Source: the human T2T-CHM13v2.0 reference genome, Homo sapiens. Taken from it: a stretch of DNA of 64,000 nucleotides. The notes under the pieces are model-generated. The model did no database searches. It was given only the letters and a program-made list of their open reading frames with translations, and was not told the DNA's origin. The stretch is from NCBI RefSeq assembly GCF_009914755.1, contig NC_060926.1, one strand, 5' to 3'. Position numbers and translations under genes: made by a program. How positions within the stretch are numbered: position 1 is the first letter of the stretch; the number at the start of each line of letters is the position of its first letter. Below are positions 27,535-40,310 of the stretch, in pieces.

Positions 27535-27870
27535 CATGCATTTGTTGAATACTAATTAATGCCAGGTACTGAGCTTAGTAGTAGGGACACAAAGATCTGT
27601 GAGACATACTCTCTGCTCACAAGATGATAGTCTAGTGAGCATGGAAGGTAGCCATGTAATTTTTGGGTAACATAATTGGTACAAAAAAAGATACATATAC
27701 AGTACTTTCAAAACAAAATAGAGGCCACTCAAGCTTATGGGTGAGATCAGGTCAGAGAAGACTTCCTAGAAGAAGAGATACTTAATCTGGTCCTGAAATA
27801 TAAATAGGAGTACATCAGGTAAGGGTAGTAGAGAAGGGAGGAAAGTGCATGGTAAGCTTGAGAGAACTAC
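27535..27870 (-). mobile_element. L2 3' fragment
   Basis: catttgttgaatact...gccaggtactgagct...gggacaca...agacttcctagaagaag. Confidence 0.6.
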
Positions 27871-28004
27871 AAGATTGGAGTTCAAGGAACTGACCACATC
27901 TTATTTGTAGACCCAACAACAGATTTCTGATTGAGCTCTTCTGATACCTTAATAAGAAGACAAACACAATGCGATACAGATATAGCATTCTAGTTATAGG
28001 AAAG

Positions 28005-28446
28005 ATATGGTTACCTGAGTCCTCTGGGGAGCAGATGTCAAGAAAGAATTAGAAGTGTAAGAGATTTCTTGGGAGCAATGTCCATAAAATACCAAGTAGG
28101 GAGAGAGCAGGAGAAGGCAGGCAGAGCTGTCAGTCTGCAATACAGGTCTCACATTTGTGAAATGAGAAGGGAAGAAAGGAAGATTGGGTAGGAAGAGTCT
28201 TAGATTCTGGTGCAACTTTGAGAAAATATTTGCCAAACTAATGGGGAGCTCTAATGCGTTGCCCACAGAGGAGTCCACATTGGGCAGAAATGACCAGGTC
28301 ACAGTATTCCTGCTGAGTGCTGTGCTCAGTAATTAGCTGGGGCTGCTGGGTAGAAGCACAGCCTTAGCGCAAATGCTGCAGCAGATCTCAAAGGTCTAAC
28401 CACACTCCTGGTGGTGAGTCTTCTCTTGAATCTCCATGGCTACCAC
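28005..28446 (-). mobile_element. ERVL-class solo LTR (LTR16-family-like)
   Basis: ctggggagcagatgtcaaga...gtaagagatttcttggg...ctccatggctaccaca; family assigned from recall. Confidence 0.5.
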
Positions 28447-31400
28447 ATCCCCACTTGGAAATTTTATAATCTGGCCTTCTGGTTTATATACAAGTTTCAT
28501 GTGAACTTAATTAGGTACCTATCACTAAGCATCTGTTCATTTCTGAGTTTCCAGTACCTAGGGCTGTAAGGTTGAAGATAAGAGCCATATCATGACAGAT
28601 TTTTCCAGTTAATATCTAGTGGGTTTTGGACTTAGCATCCTTTAAACCTGCCTGTTTATGGCAAAAACCTCTCTGCCTCATTGTGCGTCATATGCCTGCC
28701 TTATTTTTTTTCTTTTGGTCCTAAATTCATTCCTTTCTACTGTATTGTTTTATCCTGTTGATCCAGATAACATTTTCACTCCAGATACACTTGTTGACCT
28801 CTGTTCATCTAGACTGGAGAAGGTGGCTAAAAATAGTATAATTAAAAGTACTGTGAGAATGATTATTCATAAAGGGATTTGAGTGATTTTATGAAAATAT
28901 ACATTAATATCAGAAGGAAACTAGAAGATTACTGTCATACCCTTCCTCCCAGGAAATGTTTAATTACTGAAAAATTTCTTAACACATGTCATGGAAAAAT
29001 TGGTCACATAATTTGAACTTTGGAAATTGCATGGTGTTTAAAAAAAATAAGAGAGAATGAGAATGAATCATTGAGTAATTTATGTTCCGTCTGTGCACTA
29101 ACCACTTCATCAAACAGCTAAGTTCACACACATATTCCTTGAAATTTAGGGGACATAAAGTCAAAGGAATGCATCTCTGCCTTTAAAGTTTTCATTTTCC
29201 TTCCTTTCTCTGGGGCACAGAGTGAATGGGATTAAAGGTGAAGCTGCTTGAGTCACACACATCTTGATGTTTCTGTTGCCTTTGCACAGAATCTCACATC
29301 CTAACATGTTTTGTCTCTGGCATTCTTAGTATGTCCTTTACATTGCAGAACAGCATTCATAGTGTCAAACTTTTTTGTTTTTCTTTTCCAAAGAGAATTT
29401 TAGTTTTATCAAACTGCATTAAATATTCTGTGCCTTCACTTTGACTCAAGTAGCATATTCTTGAGAAATGTGATATTTTACAGCAACTGATTGAGGCACA
29501 TATGAATCAAAACCACATCTTCCTTGAGAACTGAGTCAACCTGTCAAGTACCTAAGCAAGTGGGTTTAACATGAATTTATAGTTTCCATGTGAGAATGGT
29601 AAGGAAAAATGGAAGGATGTAAAAGGATATTGGGAGAGGAAGGTCAGAGAAGTTGTTCTGTTGTAAAGTTTTCCACTGGGGATAAAGAAATGGTACCAGA
29701 ACTGCAAACAGGTCTCCCAGAATTATCTGACAGTTTCCTTTACAGGTAAATGCTGGAGATTTTCCTGAGGAGCTAAGGGGTTGAAGGCCTGGTTAGAAAT
29801 TTAAGGCTGTGTGCCTAGATAGATGCAAAAGATCTAACTCCAGATAAACTCCTCCACATATTTCTTCCTTGTTGACCTCTCAAAGTGTCCTATAATTACA
29901 CTCCACCTGTGTTTCCAAGGCTCCTGGACATATCTACAAATTGAAATGAGTGTATATTTGTATATGAAGGTTGACAGCTAAATAAGAAAAATATTCTGTG
30001 GCATCTAATTACAGAACACTAATAAACATGCAAAAATCAAAGAAGAACGTAACAAAACAAAAAACCACCAGTCCCTGAACCTCAGGGTGTGCATATGCAG
30101 ATTAGGTCTCTAACCAGGCTAAATGTTAACCTGGAATTCTAAAGCTCTTGCTTTATAATTGTTCTGCTGCAAGTGTTTATATAATTACTCCATTCTTTAG
30201 CTCATGATGTTTTTGTTAGATAATTCAACTAAATGTTAAGACATCAAATGAATAAGTAGAACTGCAATTGACTGGGGATGATGCCAGCACTGAATATCAT
30301 TATTAAGGTTATAGGTTTTAGCAAAGATTGAATTAAATGCTGATTATATCTAAATACTCCAGTAGGAAGGTCTTTGAAGAGACTTTTAAAATTTGACATG
30401 TGGTATGTTTTTGTTGCTTTTAAAAACAATATGTTCAAATGGGTGACTCAGTGCTAAAGGGTATTACCATAGATTTAAGCTTTTTTTTTTTCTGGACGGA
30501 GGTGGGTTGAAAGGAGAGACAAAGTTTGTATTTCACCACTAATTTAGATTCAAGAAAAAATAACAGCAATACAATTTTAGAATAAGATTTATATAATAAA
30601 CTGATATTTTTATTTTATATCCATTTATTATATAAATAATAATATATAATATATTATATAATATATATAATAAAAATATATATAAATAATCCATTTATTA
30701 TAAAAATAAACAGATATGTTTATTATTTCGCCAATTTTGTCAGTTCTTGAGAATGGGATTTGTCCAATGTAGAGAGAACTGGGAAATTTTCAGTCAAATA
30801 ATTTTTCTGAAACTCCTAAAAATCTGGTGAAACTGTCAATATGTAAATAAACGTAGATGTAAAACTTTTAAAATGTGGGGACGAAGGTGGAAGACTAAAG
30901 TACAAATGTTACATGTTGTGATAAAGTAGAAATAATGCAACTGAAAAGTGCAAGTGAGAGAGAGAAAGAAGAAAATAAGCCTATGGATTGTTGTGTACCT
31001 TGTAGGTAAGGAAAATACGACAGCAAAAACTGATAAAGCAGGTAGGTAGCCAAAGGCAGAAATAGAAATGAGCAAACCAAAAACTCCAGGAGATTACTGG
31101 TGTTCAATAAGTGTAAGTACAATAGTAGCTACCAGACCAAAATAGAAGCTTTTCTAAATATAAAAAAAATTAAGGAACAAAAAATACACATATGGAGAAA
31201 AGTATCAGAAAATAACAAAATATATAATACTTTGCCACAGTTAAGCCCAAACATAACAAGGTTTTACCCATCTACTAAAAGACTTCCAATTTTGCTCACA
31301 AAGAATGATCTAACTATATATGTATGTGTATGTATATGTGTGTATATATATAAAACTATATGCTCTATATATACACACACACATACATGCACATCATATA

Positions 31401-31693
31401 CAACAGATAGACCTAGACCTAAAAGTGATCCAAAAAGCTAAAAACGGATGAAAAAAGGTATATATCAGGCAAATGGAAAAATAAGGAAGTCAGGGTAGCA
31501 ATCCTGATACCAGATAAAATAAATTCAAGCCAAAAATCTTAAACATGATAAAGACAGGCACTTTTTACACAGGAAAACCATACTTTACAATGTAGACACA
31601 TCTTTATGAACAGTTATATGTCAAATAACATAGTAATCATCTTTATAAAGCCAAACTACAGGAGATGCTAGGAGACATAAAAGAAATAACATT

Positions 31694-31990
31694 GGCTGGG
31701 CATGATGGCTCATGCCTGTAATCCCAGTGCTTTGGGAGGCCGAGGCGGGCGGATCACGAGGTCAGGAGTTTGAGACCAGCCTGGCCAACATGGTGAAACC
31801 CTGTCTCTACTAAAAATACAAAAATTAGTCACGTGTAGTGGCGAGTGCCTGCAGTCCCAGCTACTTGGGAGGCTGAGGCAGGAGAATTGCTTGAACTCGG
31901 GATGGGGAGGTTTCAGTGACTTGAGATTGTGCCACTGCACTACAGCCTGGGTGACACAGCAAGACTCCATCTCCAGGGAGGGAGGGGGAA
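31694..31990 (+). mobile_element. AluS (Sg/Sc-like) element with a G-rich tail
   Basis: ggctgggcatgatggctcatgcctgtaatcccag...ggatcacgaggtcaggag; TSD aaaagaaataacatt / aaaagaaatcacatt. Confidence 0.95.
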
Positions 31991-32202
31991 AAAAGAAATC
32001 ACATTAATCAGAGATATTCATACAGCTTTCTTAATACAGCAAAGATGAAGTAAGCAAGAAATAAGGAGATTGAAAACCTAAACAACATAATCACTACAGG
32101 AGATCTTATAGATATACTGTATGTCAAACTCTACACCCTGTCAATAGAGAATACATCTTCTCAAGAGCTCATGCAACATCCACATAATTTGATTATATAT
32201 TA

Positions 32203-32204
<2 letters not shown>

Positions 32205-32241
<37 letters not shown>
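32205..32241 (+). repeat. (AC)n microsatellite
   Basis: About 18 uninterrupted AC units. Confidence 0.95.
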
Positions 32242-32246
<5 letters not shown>

Positions 32247-32925
32247 AGTTTAGTGGCATACTGGTAAACAAGTAGTTTGGGTTGGGGTCAGGGGATCTGA
32301 TTTATATCATTTACTGATTTCTTTGATGTAAATCCTTCAGTGGTCAATTAGAGCATAAATTGATAAATCAACCGGTGAAATAGAAGACTCAGTAATAGAA
32401 CTAAAGTTCATATGGAAATTTGATATATAATAAAAGACAAAGATAGACTTTTTAAAAATTAAAGCTGGGACAACGGGACAACCCAGGAGCCATTTAGAAA
32501 AAGGTGAAATTAATTCATAGCTTATATATACACAAAATTAACTCAAAATATATCACAGATCTAACATAAAAATGAAACTGTATGATACAATAAAAAGTAA
32601 ATTTCTTTTTCATTTTGGTGTAGGAAAAGGCTTTTTAATTATGCTTGAAAATCTATAGGCAGTAAAAAAGATCGATAATTTTGACTATATAACATTAAAT
32701 GTTTTTGCACATCAAAAATCATAACTGAAAATCTGGGAGAAAATATTGGCAACATATAGAGTAAGGCCTAATAGTTCTTACGTATAAAGAAATCTTGAGG
32801 AACCAAGGGCCAAAACCCCAGCATAAATTGAGAAAGAGGCATAATCAGACAACTCAAAAAGTAAGATGTAAAATCAGCTTTTAAGCATATGAAAAATGTT
32901 TACATTAAGAAATATAAATTAGTTC

Positions 32926-33233
32926 TTTTTTTTTTTTTTTTTTTTTTGAGACTGAGTCTCACTCTGTCTCCCAGGCTGGAGTGCACTCGCACTGTCTCAG
33001 CTCACTGCAAGCTCCACCTCCTAGGTTCACGCCACACCATTCTCCTGCCTCAGCCTTCCGAGTAGCTGGGACCACAGGCACCCGCCACCACACCCGGCTA
33101 ATTTTTTGTATTTTGAGTAGAGACCGGGTTTCACCATGTTAGCCAGGATGGTCTCGATCTTCTGATCTTGTGATCTGCCCACCTCAGCCTCCCAAAGTGC
33201 TGGGATTACAGTCGTGAGCCACCGTGCCCAGCC
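32926..33233 (-). mobile_element. AluY/AluSc-type element
   Basis: Poly-T, cactgcaagctcc, gttcacgcca...ttctcc, tgttagccaggatggtctcgatc (young-subfamily diagnostic positions). Confidence 0.95.
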
Positions 33234-33295
33234 AACACATTTTTAACACTATGAAAATAATAGCAACAATCTAAATGTTCATCCATGGTAGAGGG

Positions 33296-33683
33296 TGCTA
33301 ATGGCTTGAACGTGTCCTCCCAAATTTCATCTGTTGGAAACTTAATCCTCAAATTCATATGTTTATGGTGTTTGGACAATGGGGCCTATGGGAAGTAATT
33401 GAGATTAGATAAGGTCATCAGGCTGAGGACTTTATAATGGGACTGATGACTTTATAAGAAGAAGAAGAGAGACCTGAGCTGACATCACATTCTTGCCTTC
33501 TGGTTATATGACGCCCTCTGCCATATTATGATGTAGCAAGAAGGCCCTCACCAGATGCTGAGCAGATGCTGGTGCCATACTCTTGGACTTTCCAGCCTCC
33601 AGAACGATAAGCTAAGTAAACCTCTATTCTTAATAAATTAGTCTGTGGTATTCAAGTATAGCAACAGAAAACAGACGAAGACA
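33296..33683 (+). mobile_element. MaLR solo LTR (MSTC/MSTD-type)
   Basis: tgctaatggcttgaacgtgtcc...aaggccctcaccagatgc...tcttggactttccagcctccagaac...gcaacagaaaacagacgaagaca. Confidence 0.85.
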
Positions 33684-36280
33684 GAAAGGTTGAAGAAACG
33701 ATAGCACCTCCTTGCAATGGAGTTCTGTGCATCTGTAAAAAGAATGAGGAAGGTCTCTATGAACTGATAAAGAATTTTCCAGGATATGTTGGTTAGGTGA
33801 ATAAATCACAAACAAAAAGCATCTGTAATAAGTTATCCTTCATGTGAGGAAGAATAGAATATAGGAAAATACATATGTATCTGTTCATTTGTAGAAAATG
33901 CATATGGGAAGGTTGAATCAGAAACTATGACAGGCTCAATTTAAAACTCATTTCATGAACTCTGGGTGAGATATATTTCTAATAAAGATGTATCTGGCCA
34001 ATGACAGTTTTAGCTTTTAATCAGATGCTAAATTTCCAAGTGTAAGAGATAGAATAATTCATTCAACTGCCTTTTGTGTAGCTAGTTCTATTTGTTACCT
34101 TTGTTAAATATTTGATAGAGCTTCCAACCCTTACAATCAGTGCAACTGAGGAAAAAGATTGTAGATTGATGCAAAACGCTGATGACCTCCCCCTTGAAAC
34201 CAATGGCATACGTAGTTTGAGTTACCAGTAAACAAGGCTTCCTGTCCCTGTGTGGACCCTCAGAACTGCTGTTTTTAATATTAGGTACTAAGGAGCCCTG
34301 TACTGAGGAAACTATGCTTGAAGGTTAGCAGTTGCTTAAAGCTCCTTGTTAGAATGGAGTATCTCCAGTGTTTTGTGGATCATTATCAAGAGCCTGTGGA
34401 AATGCAAATAAAACCAGTCTCATTATTACAATTTGGGCTATATGTTACCAGGGAAAACAGTAAGAGAAAGGCAGAAATAACAGAACTGAGAGGTGAAGTT
34501 TTAATATGGTGTAGCTGCATCTGTGCTTATATGTTATAAATAGGAATAGGGAAAAAATAACATTGTAGAGAGGCAGCCAGGTATGGGAAAAGAATAGGAG
34601 GTTTGCCTCAGACCCAAATTTAAATCCTGATTCAGATACTTATTAGATGTAACTTTTGTAAGCTGTGTAACTTCTCAGAGTCTGTTTCCTTTTATGTAAG
34701 GTAGGGATAAGATCATCCCTTTTTTGAGCTGTCCCGAGAATTGGATAAGGAACTGTATATCTGGCATATACTAGGTTTATAAAAGGTGGTGCATTCCTCC
34801 CTCTGATACTTACAGTTTTGTGTGTTCATTTTTGTGTGTTTATTTTCATTTTTGTATTGTTTTTCTCTTTTGTTTCAGATCTAATTCATTGTCTTGGCTC
34901 GCTAATTATTAGAGTTGCCCAGGGTTGACTGCTGACTGGTGTTTTTGCTTGTTTGTTCCACAGAGGTCTCTCTGCCCATGGTTTTAACTACGATTTTCTT
35001 TCCCTGAGAGGAAACAATACCATTATCAATTTATGAACTGTTTATATTAACACCAAAGAAGAATGTTGCAAAACTACTTTGATTTCCAACTATGGATCAT
35101 TAATCTCACTATCTTTAAAGGCCTCTTATGTGTAAGGTATTACCTACCTACTAGTATTTTGAAGAAGAATTCTGGTTGTAAAAAAGTTAATAATTAAAGC
35201 AGAATGATACAGGTGAAATATAGATGCATTGACCATGTTATGGGGCATTAGAAAACGGAGCCATTAATTAGGATCAGGGAAATCTTTTTTAAAAAAGAAG
35301 CATTTAAAGTGGATCTTGAAGGAGAAAAATTTCAAGAGGAAAATTATTAGAGAAATTGATTATTTGGTGTTATAGCTTAATTTTATTCAAAGCACATGAA
35401 AGGGGGAAAGCAGAAATCAAAGGGCTCTAAGTGAATAAGCTTTAACATGTTCCTCATTTTTATGTTTATGTTGGGCAGAAAATTGTTACAGAGGAGAGAG
35501 TTGTGAGAAAAGGCATTTTTCCCCCACTGAGTCATTCACAAGTCATAGAAAGGACCAAAATCAGGAAATTACCTCTTCTTTTATTGAAGCTAAGGTCTTG
35601 GTTTAATGGAAACCACTCACTAGAGAGATGAGAAATAGTGTTAATTAAGTTCATCTCCCATCTTGTTATGTAGAAATAGCAGAGCATTGAAACCAAGCTG
35701 CAGACAGGAGCCTTGTGTCTAGTAATTTGATGTGGCTCTGATGGAAGTAGTATACCAATTCAGAGGTGCAAGTCCAGGTTGCACTGTGTTATGGGAGAAG
35801 TTTGTGAAATGGTGGCCATATTATCAGTGGTCACAGTTGATTTGCGTGAGAAGACTTTGTAGTTTATCAATGTGTAGGATGCTTTGAACAGAATAGTTAT
35901 CCAGTTTTTATTTGTGGCATGAAGGACGTGGTCTCCAGAGTCAGGAAATCTAGACTCACAGCTGTGTGACTTGATCTTTGGGAACCTCAGTTTCTTTATG
36001 AATAAAATGAACTGATGTTAATACTAACTAGGGTTGGTGAAGATAGCAAAAGTACAACTACAGACAAACAGGGCTTAAAACTGTTTAGGACTTTCATGTC
36101 AGTTACCATTCAAGGGAGCATTAGTGAATCAACCAATAAATTACCTGGCCTATGGCATAGTTTACCATGGAATGAAAAAGCATTCTGCAAAGAAAACAAG
36201 GGAATTATTGAGTTCTTTACTTGTGTGGTTCAAATAAACTCTCAATATAGCCTATATAGAGGCTCTCTCTGGTTGCCAAA

Positions 36281-36560
36281 ACAGTGTTTTTCAAACTGTA
36301 GGTTTTAACTTGTTACTGGGTCATGGAATCAGTTTAGAGTTGGCACCAGGATTTTTTTAATTGATGAATCAGAAAAAGAATAGAATACAATATAAAATAT
36401 CAAACCACCTTGTATAGTAAGAGTACTAACTTATTAATAAAAATGTTATTCTATGCCTATACTCATATATATACACATACAAAGATGAGTTAGAAGTGGC
36501 AAATGTGTTTTTTAAAATGGCTTGCAGTCAGTCAGCATCTGAAAAAGTTTGTTCTAGAGT
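36281..36560. mobile_element. hAT-Charlie-type DNA transposon fragment
   Basis: cagtgtttttcaaactgtagg...tgggtcatggaatcagtttag terminus resembles Charlie elements. Confidence 0.4.
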
Positions 36561-37464
36561 GTCACTGATGAATTGTATTCTCAAATATCTCCTACCCTTA
36601 CATTTCTCATAAGCTTTACTTTTCTACATTCTCAGCTGTCCACCTGACATATTCACTAGGTTGTTTAGCCTTTTTCTCAAACTGATATTCCTAAAACTGA
36701 ACCTTCTCTACCTTCAGATCATTTTATCCTGCAAATTTTTAATTTTTATGTATTTATTATACACTCAGTTACTTTTTGTCAAGCCTTAGTAGTTTCAACC
36801 CTTGCCTTTCTCTTCACTCTTTCCCATCTTTAATCGGTGAGTATAGTTTATGGAATTGACCTTAATTAAGTGCCTAGTATTAGTATGCCATATGCTTTAT
36901 GTATGTTGTTTCATGGAATTCTTACCATATATTTATAATGAAATGAGGCTGAAAGGTGTTGAGTAACCAACCAGATGTTACATGCATTGTATTTATGTAG
37001 ATCAGTTCTTTTAGCTCAATCAGCTTAGGTCTATCTGGCTCGAAACCTTAATGCTTTGTTACATCCTGCCACCTTCCCAAACACCCTCTTTAAAATTTCT
37101 TCAGGAGCTCAGCATGATATTAGAGCAGTTATAATCCAGAATTATAATCACTACATGGTCCTGGGTTGTAATCAAGGCTCATATTGCTGGAAAGGACTTC
37201 AGAGCTCTCAACTGTTATTTTGAAAAAAACATAATTAAGACTTAGATAGGTTAAGCGACTTCTCTGAAGCCATAGGCTAATTAGAGGCAGAGCCGTGGCC
37301 AGAATTCCGGTCTTGGTTTTAGTGTAGTGATGTTTTCGTCTTTTCTACTAGCCTCAGGAGCTAGAACAAAGGGTGGAAAAATGAAAAACAGGATCCACAG
37401 AACAAAGAGCTATTGAATACCCCAAGGTGTCAGAGGCTTTAGAAGAAATTGATTCCTTATTAAG

Positions 37465-37625
37465 TCCTTAGGATCAGAAATCCTTTGAGATTTTCATCTG
37501 AATCATCATGGGTCAATATCCTTCTAAAAGCTCTTTACTGGCCAATGTTCTATATGTTGCTTGCATGAAATTCCTTCAAGGAAAGAGAATAAAGTTAGAG
37601 AGCCTGCAATCCTATAACTGGGTCT
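37465..37625 (-). repeat. Diverged partial third copy of the exon-like duplicated unit
   Basis: cttaggatcagaaatcctttgagattttcatctgaatcatcatgggtcaatatccttctaaaagctctttactggccaatg...ttccttcaaggaaagagaataa aligns by eye to 38764-38887. Confidence 0.7.
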
Positions 37626-37993
37626 TCTAATAAGTTGAGGGATTCCAAGTTTTAGAGAAATAGACTTACTGATTCTTAATTTTATCTTTCCTTTGGTCTC
37701 CATCTGACCAAGTAAGGGTAGAATTCAAGGTAGGCTCAGAATTGTGGAGGCGGTGAGTGAATTCTTCATTCCTGCTCTTCATCCTTTCACTTCAATCCTT
37801 AATACACTGGGTTATCCCAACCTTGGTCTGCTCACTTGTTCACTCATTTCAACTTTTGGGAGCTGCACAACGATCTTTGTTTTGAATTTGGCTTAAAGAT
37901 AAGGTTTCCTTTACCTCCATGTCCACCACCCCATTCCCAATAAAACTGCTTTTGCAGTGCATTTACTTCCTTTGTTGAGAGGTGGGTTCTTAG

Positions 37994-38257
<264 letters not shown>

Positions 38258-38453
38258 TAAAAAATATGCATCTTTATTTGAACACATTCAATTTATGAGA
38301 CACCATTTCAAAATGCAAAAGTTTTGTATTTTTGATAGACTTACCTGAGTCTTTAGATTAAAGGCATATATTCTAAAGAAATGACTTTAGTAAACACCCT
38401 CCTACATTCATATAGGCCTACGATAAAAGCATAGTTATTTTGTTCATTATAGT

Positions 38454-39083
38454 TTAAAATAATTGATCATTTCAGATGGACCACAACATATGTCACACTA
38501 TGATTTTATTTATTAGGTGAGAGGTCTATTAATATCTCAAATTCAATGTTTGTTTTTATTTAGAAGGAAAATATATTCCAAAATAAACAGAAATTGAACG
38601 CCCCTCTGTACCATGCATGCCATGGTCTTTCCTACCTTTGTCTGCATTTGTGCTCATCTCTGCCAGCTTCCATCTGGATTTCCCACCCAGCCAGTTCCTC
38701 TTCTGTAAACTCTGCTCAGTTAAACAGGACGTTCCTGAAGCTGCCAGAGAGTCTTTGTCAAATCTTAGGAGCAGAAGTCCTATAAGGTGTTCTTCTGAGT
38801 CATCATGGTTAATATGATTCTAAGATACCTTTACTGGTCAAATGCTGTGTGAGTTATTTGAATATAATTCCCTGAAGAAAAGAATAACATTGTTACAATT
38901 CCCAGCTGCGCCATGAAAATTTATTTTACTACATTAGTCCCCACATAGAGTTCAACATTCTTAGAATTATTACACTTAAGTCCACACAGTTTAGTATTTA
39001 ATTTTTCTCTAATTCTAATTGTTTTGAATGTTATTTTGGATCCACATTTAACGAAAATCTATTAAGCACCTGCTATGTAAGGC
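38454..39083 (-). repeat. Left arm of a ~630-bp inverted duplication (partner 47977-48623); contains an exon-like unit at 38636-38871 (-)
   Basis: Reverse complement aligns end to end with 47977-48623. The ORF track shows matching peptides (38617-38817 + versus 48259-48480 -). Confidence 0.9.
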
Positions 39084-39207
39084 ACAATTTGGCACTTCGG
39101 GAGATTTTTTAAAATGGAGAAATTGTCACTGACTTCAAATCATTGACCCAACCATTCATTAGACAACCATTTATTGAACATTTTCTGTGTGATAGGCCCT
39201 GTGTTAG

Positions 39208-39474
39208 TGTATTAGTCTGGGTTCCCTAGAGGGAGAAAGATGGAGGCCAAAAGACTTGAGCAGTCTGGTCTTTTCACGTTCTTCTGCCTGCTTTTATTCT
39301 GGCCACGCTGGCAGCTGATTAGATGGTGCCCACCCAGATTGAGGTGGGCCTGCCTTTCCCAGTCGACTGAATCAAATGTTAATTTTCTTTGGCAACATCC
39401 TCAAAGACACACCCAGGAACAGTACTTTGTATCCTTCAATCCAATCAAATTGACACTCAATATTAACCATCACA
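39208..39474 (-). mobile_element. HERV-L 3' LTR (MLT2A2-type) with a 240-bp internal deletion
   Basis: tgtattagtc...tagaggga|gaaagatggagg...ttaaccatcaca; lacks the segment seen at 46021-46260. Confidence 0.9.
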
Positions 39475-39949
39475 AGTCCACCCCCTGTCAACTTGAACCC
39501 ATATACATCTCCTGAGATCATACATAGTCTTCAAATAAAGACAATAAGGTCATAACCACACCTAACATAACACAACTATCCTTCCTACTACCAGAAATGC
39601 ACCAACCCCCAACCCAAATGCTATTACATAGAGTTAACAACACTTGAATGCTGATATGAAGTCAATCTTACGCCACATGTTAAAGGAAAAAGGAAATAAA
39701 ATGAAGTTACTTTCTTAGTATAAGTGTATACATGCACAAACGTGTTCTTAACAAAATAAGGAGGGGATACTCATGACAATTACAGTCCTAGTTTCTGCAA
39801 CTGGTCATGTGGTTGAAGCTGATATTGTTGACTACCTTCTTCTTCTACCCATTCTGTATTCCCTTTGCCTTCAGCAAGCACCTCAGCAGATCATGGTGTT
39901 TTACCTGGTGGAGTGACCCAAACCTTCATTCCTGAAGGATCTGGGCCAT

Positions 39950-40310
39950 TTGTAGTCCTGCCTGGAATTGGGCAGTTGTAGTTTCCCATTGACCTTAATC
40001 ACAGGGCATGGCAGTTTAAGAGACACTCTAAGGGATCTCCTGTATTCCATGCATACTCTTCCTTATCTCTGTTGTGGAGTAGTAGACTGATTTCATCTTG
40101 ATAGTCTGGGTCCACCCAGCCAACACTAACTCCCTTAGCCTATTGACTTAGAGGTAGGAGGAGCCCAGAGTGGCCAGGTGGCAATTTTAACTTCCAGTTT
40201 AATGGAATCTTTGTTGTGTCTCCTGGTGGCAGTGTTAGTCCCTCTGGGACTAAGACCTCTAGGCCTGCAGAACATAATGTCACGGGAAAGGGAAGCAAAA
40301 ATTTTGTTAG
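39950..40310 (-). pseudogene. HERV-L dUTPase relic
   Basis: TLCSAGLEVLVPEGLTLPPGDTTKIPLNWKLKLPPGHSGLLLPLSQ lies after integrase, as is characteristic of ERV-L; boundaries approximate. Confidence 0.75.

Larger units (their letters stand above)
30830..33930 (+). mobile_element. Old fragmented L1M element (inter-ORF, ORF2 pieces, 3' end) hosting two Alus, an MST LTR and a MER63-like insert
   Basis: L1 endonuclease-region sequence aaaggtatatatcaggcaaatgg...gggtagcaatcctgataccagataaaat; later ORF2 motifs tgggagaaaatattggcaacatat. Confidence 0.7.

Noticed and set aside
30590-30730. AT-rich low-complexity tract with short duplicated pieces
   Set aside because: Too low in complexity to infer a mechanism or function.
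38636-38871. Tachykinin-like (FMGLL/LIGLL) or KRAB-like (SFRNV...EFTEEE) readings of the duplicated exon-like unit
   Set aside because: There is no GKR amidation site after the motif, the KRAB spacing is wrong, and stops interrupt the frames; resemblance is too weak to name a family.
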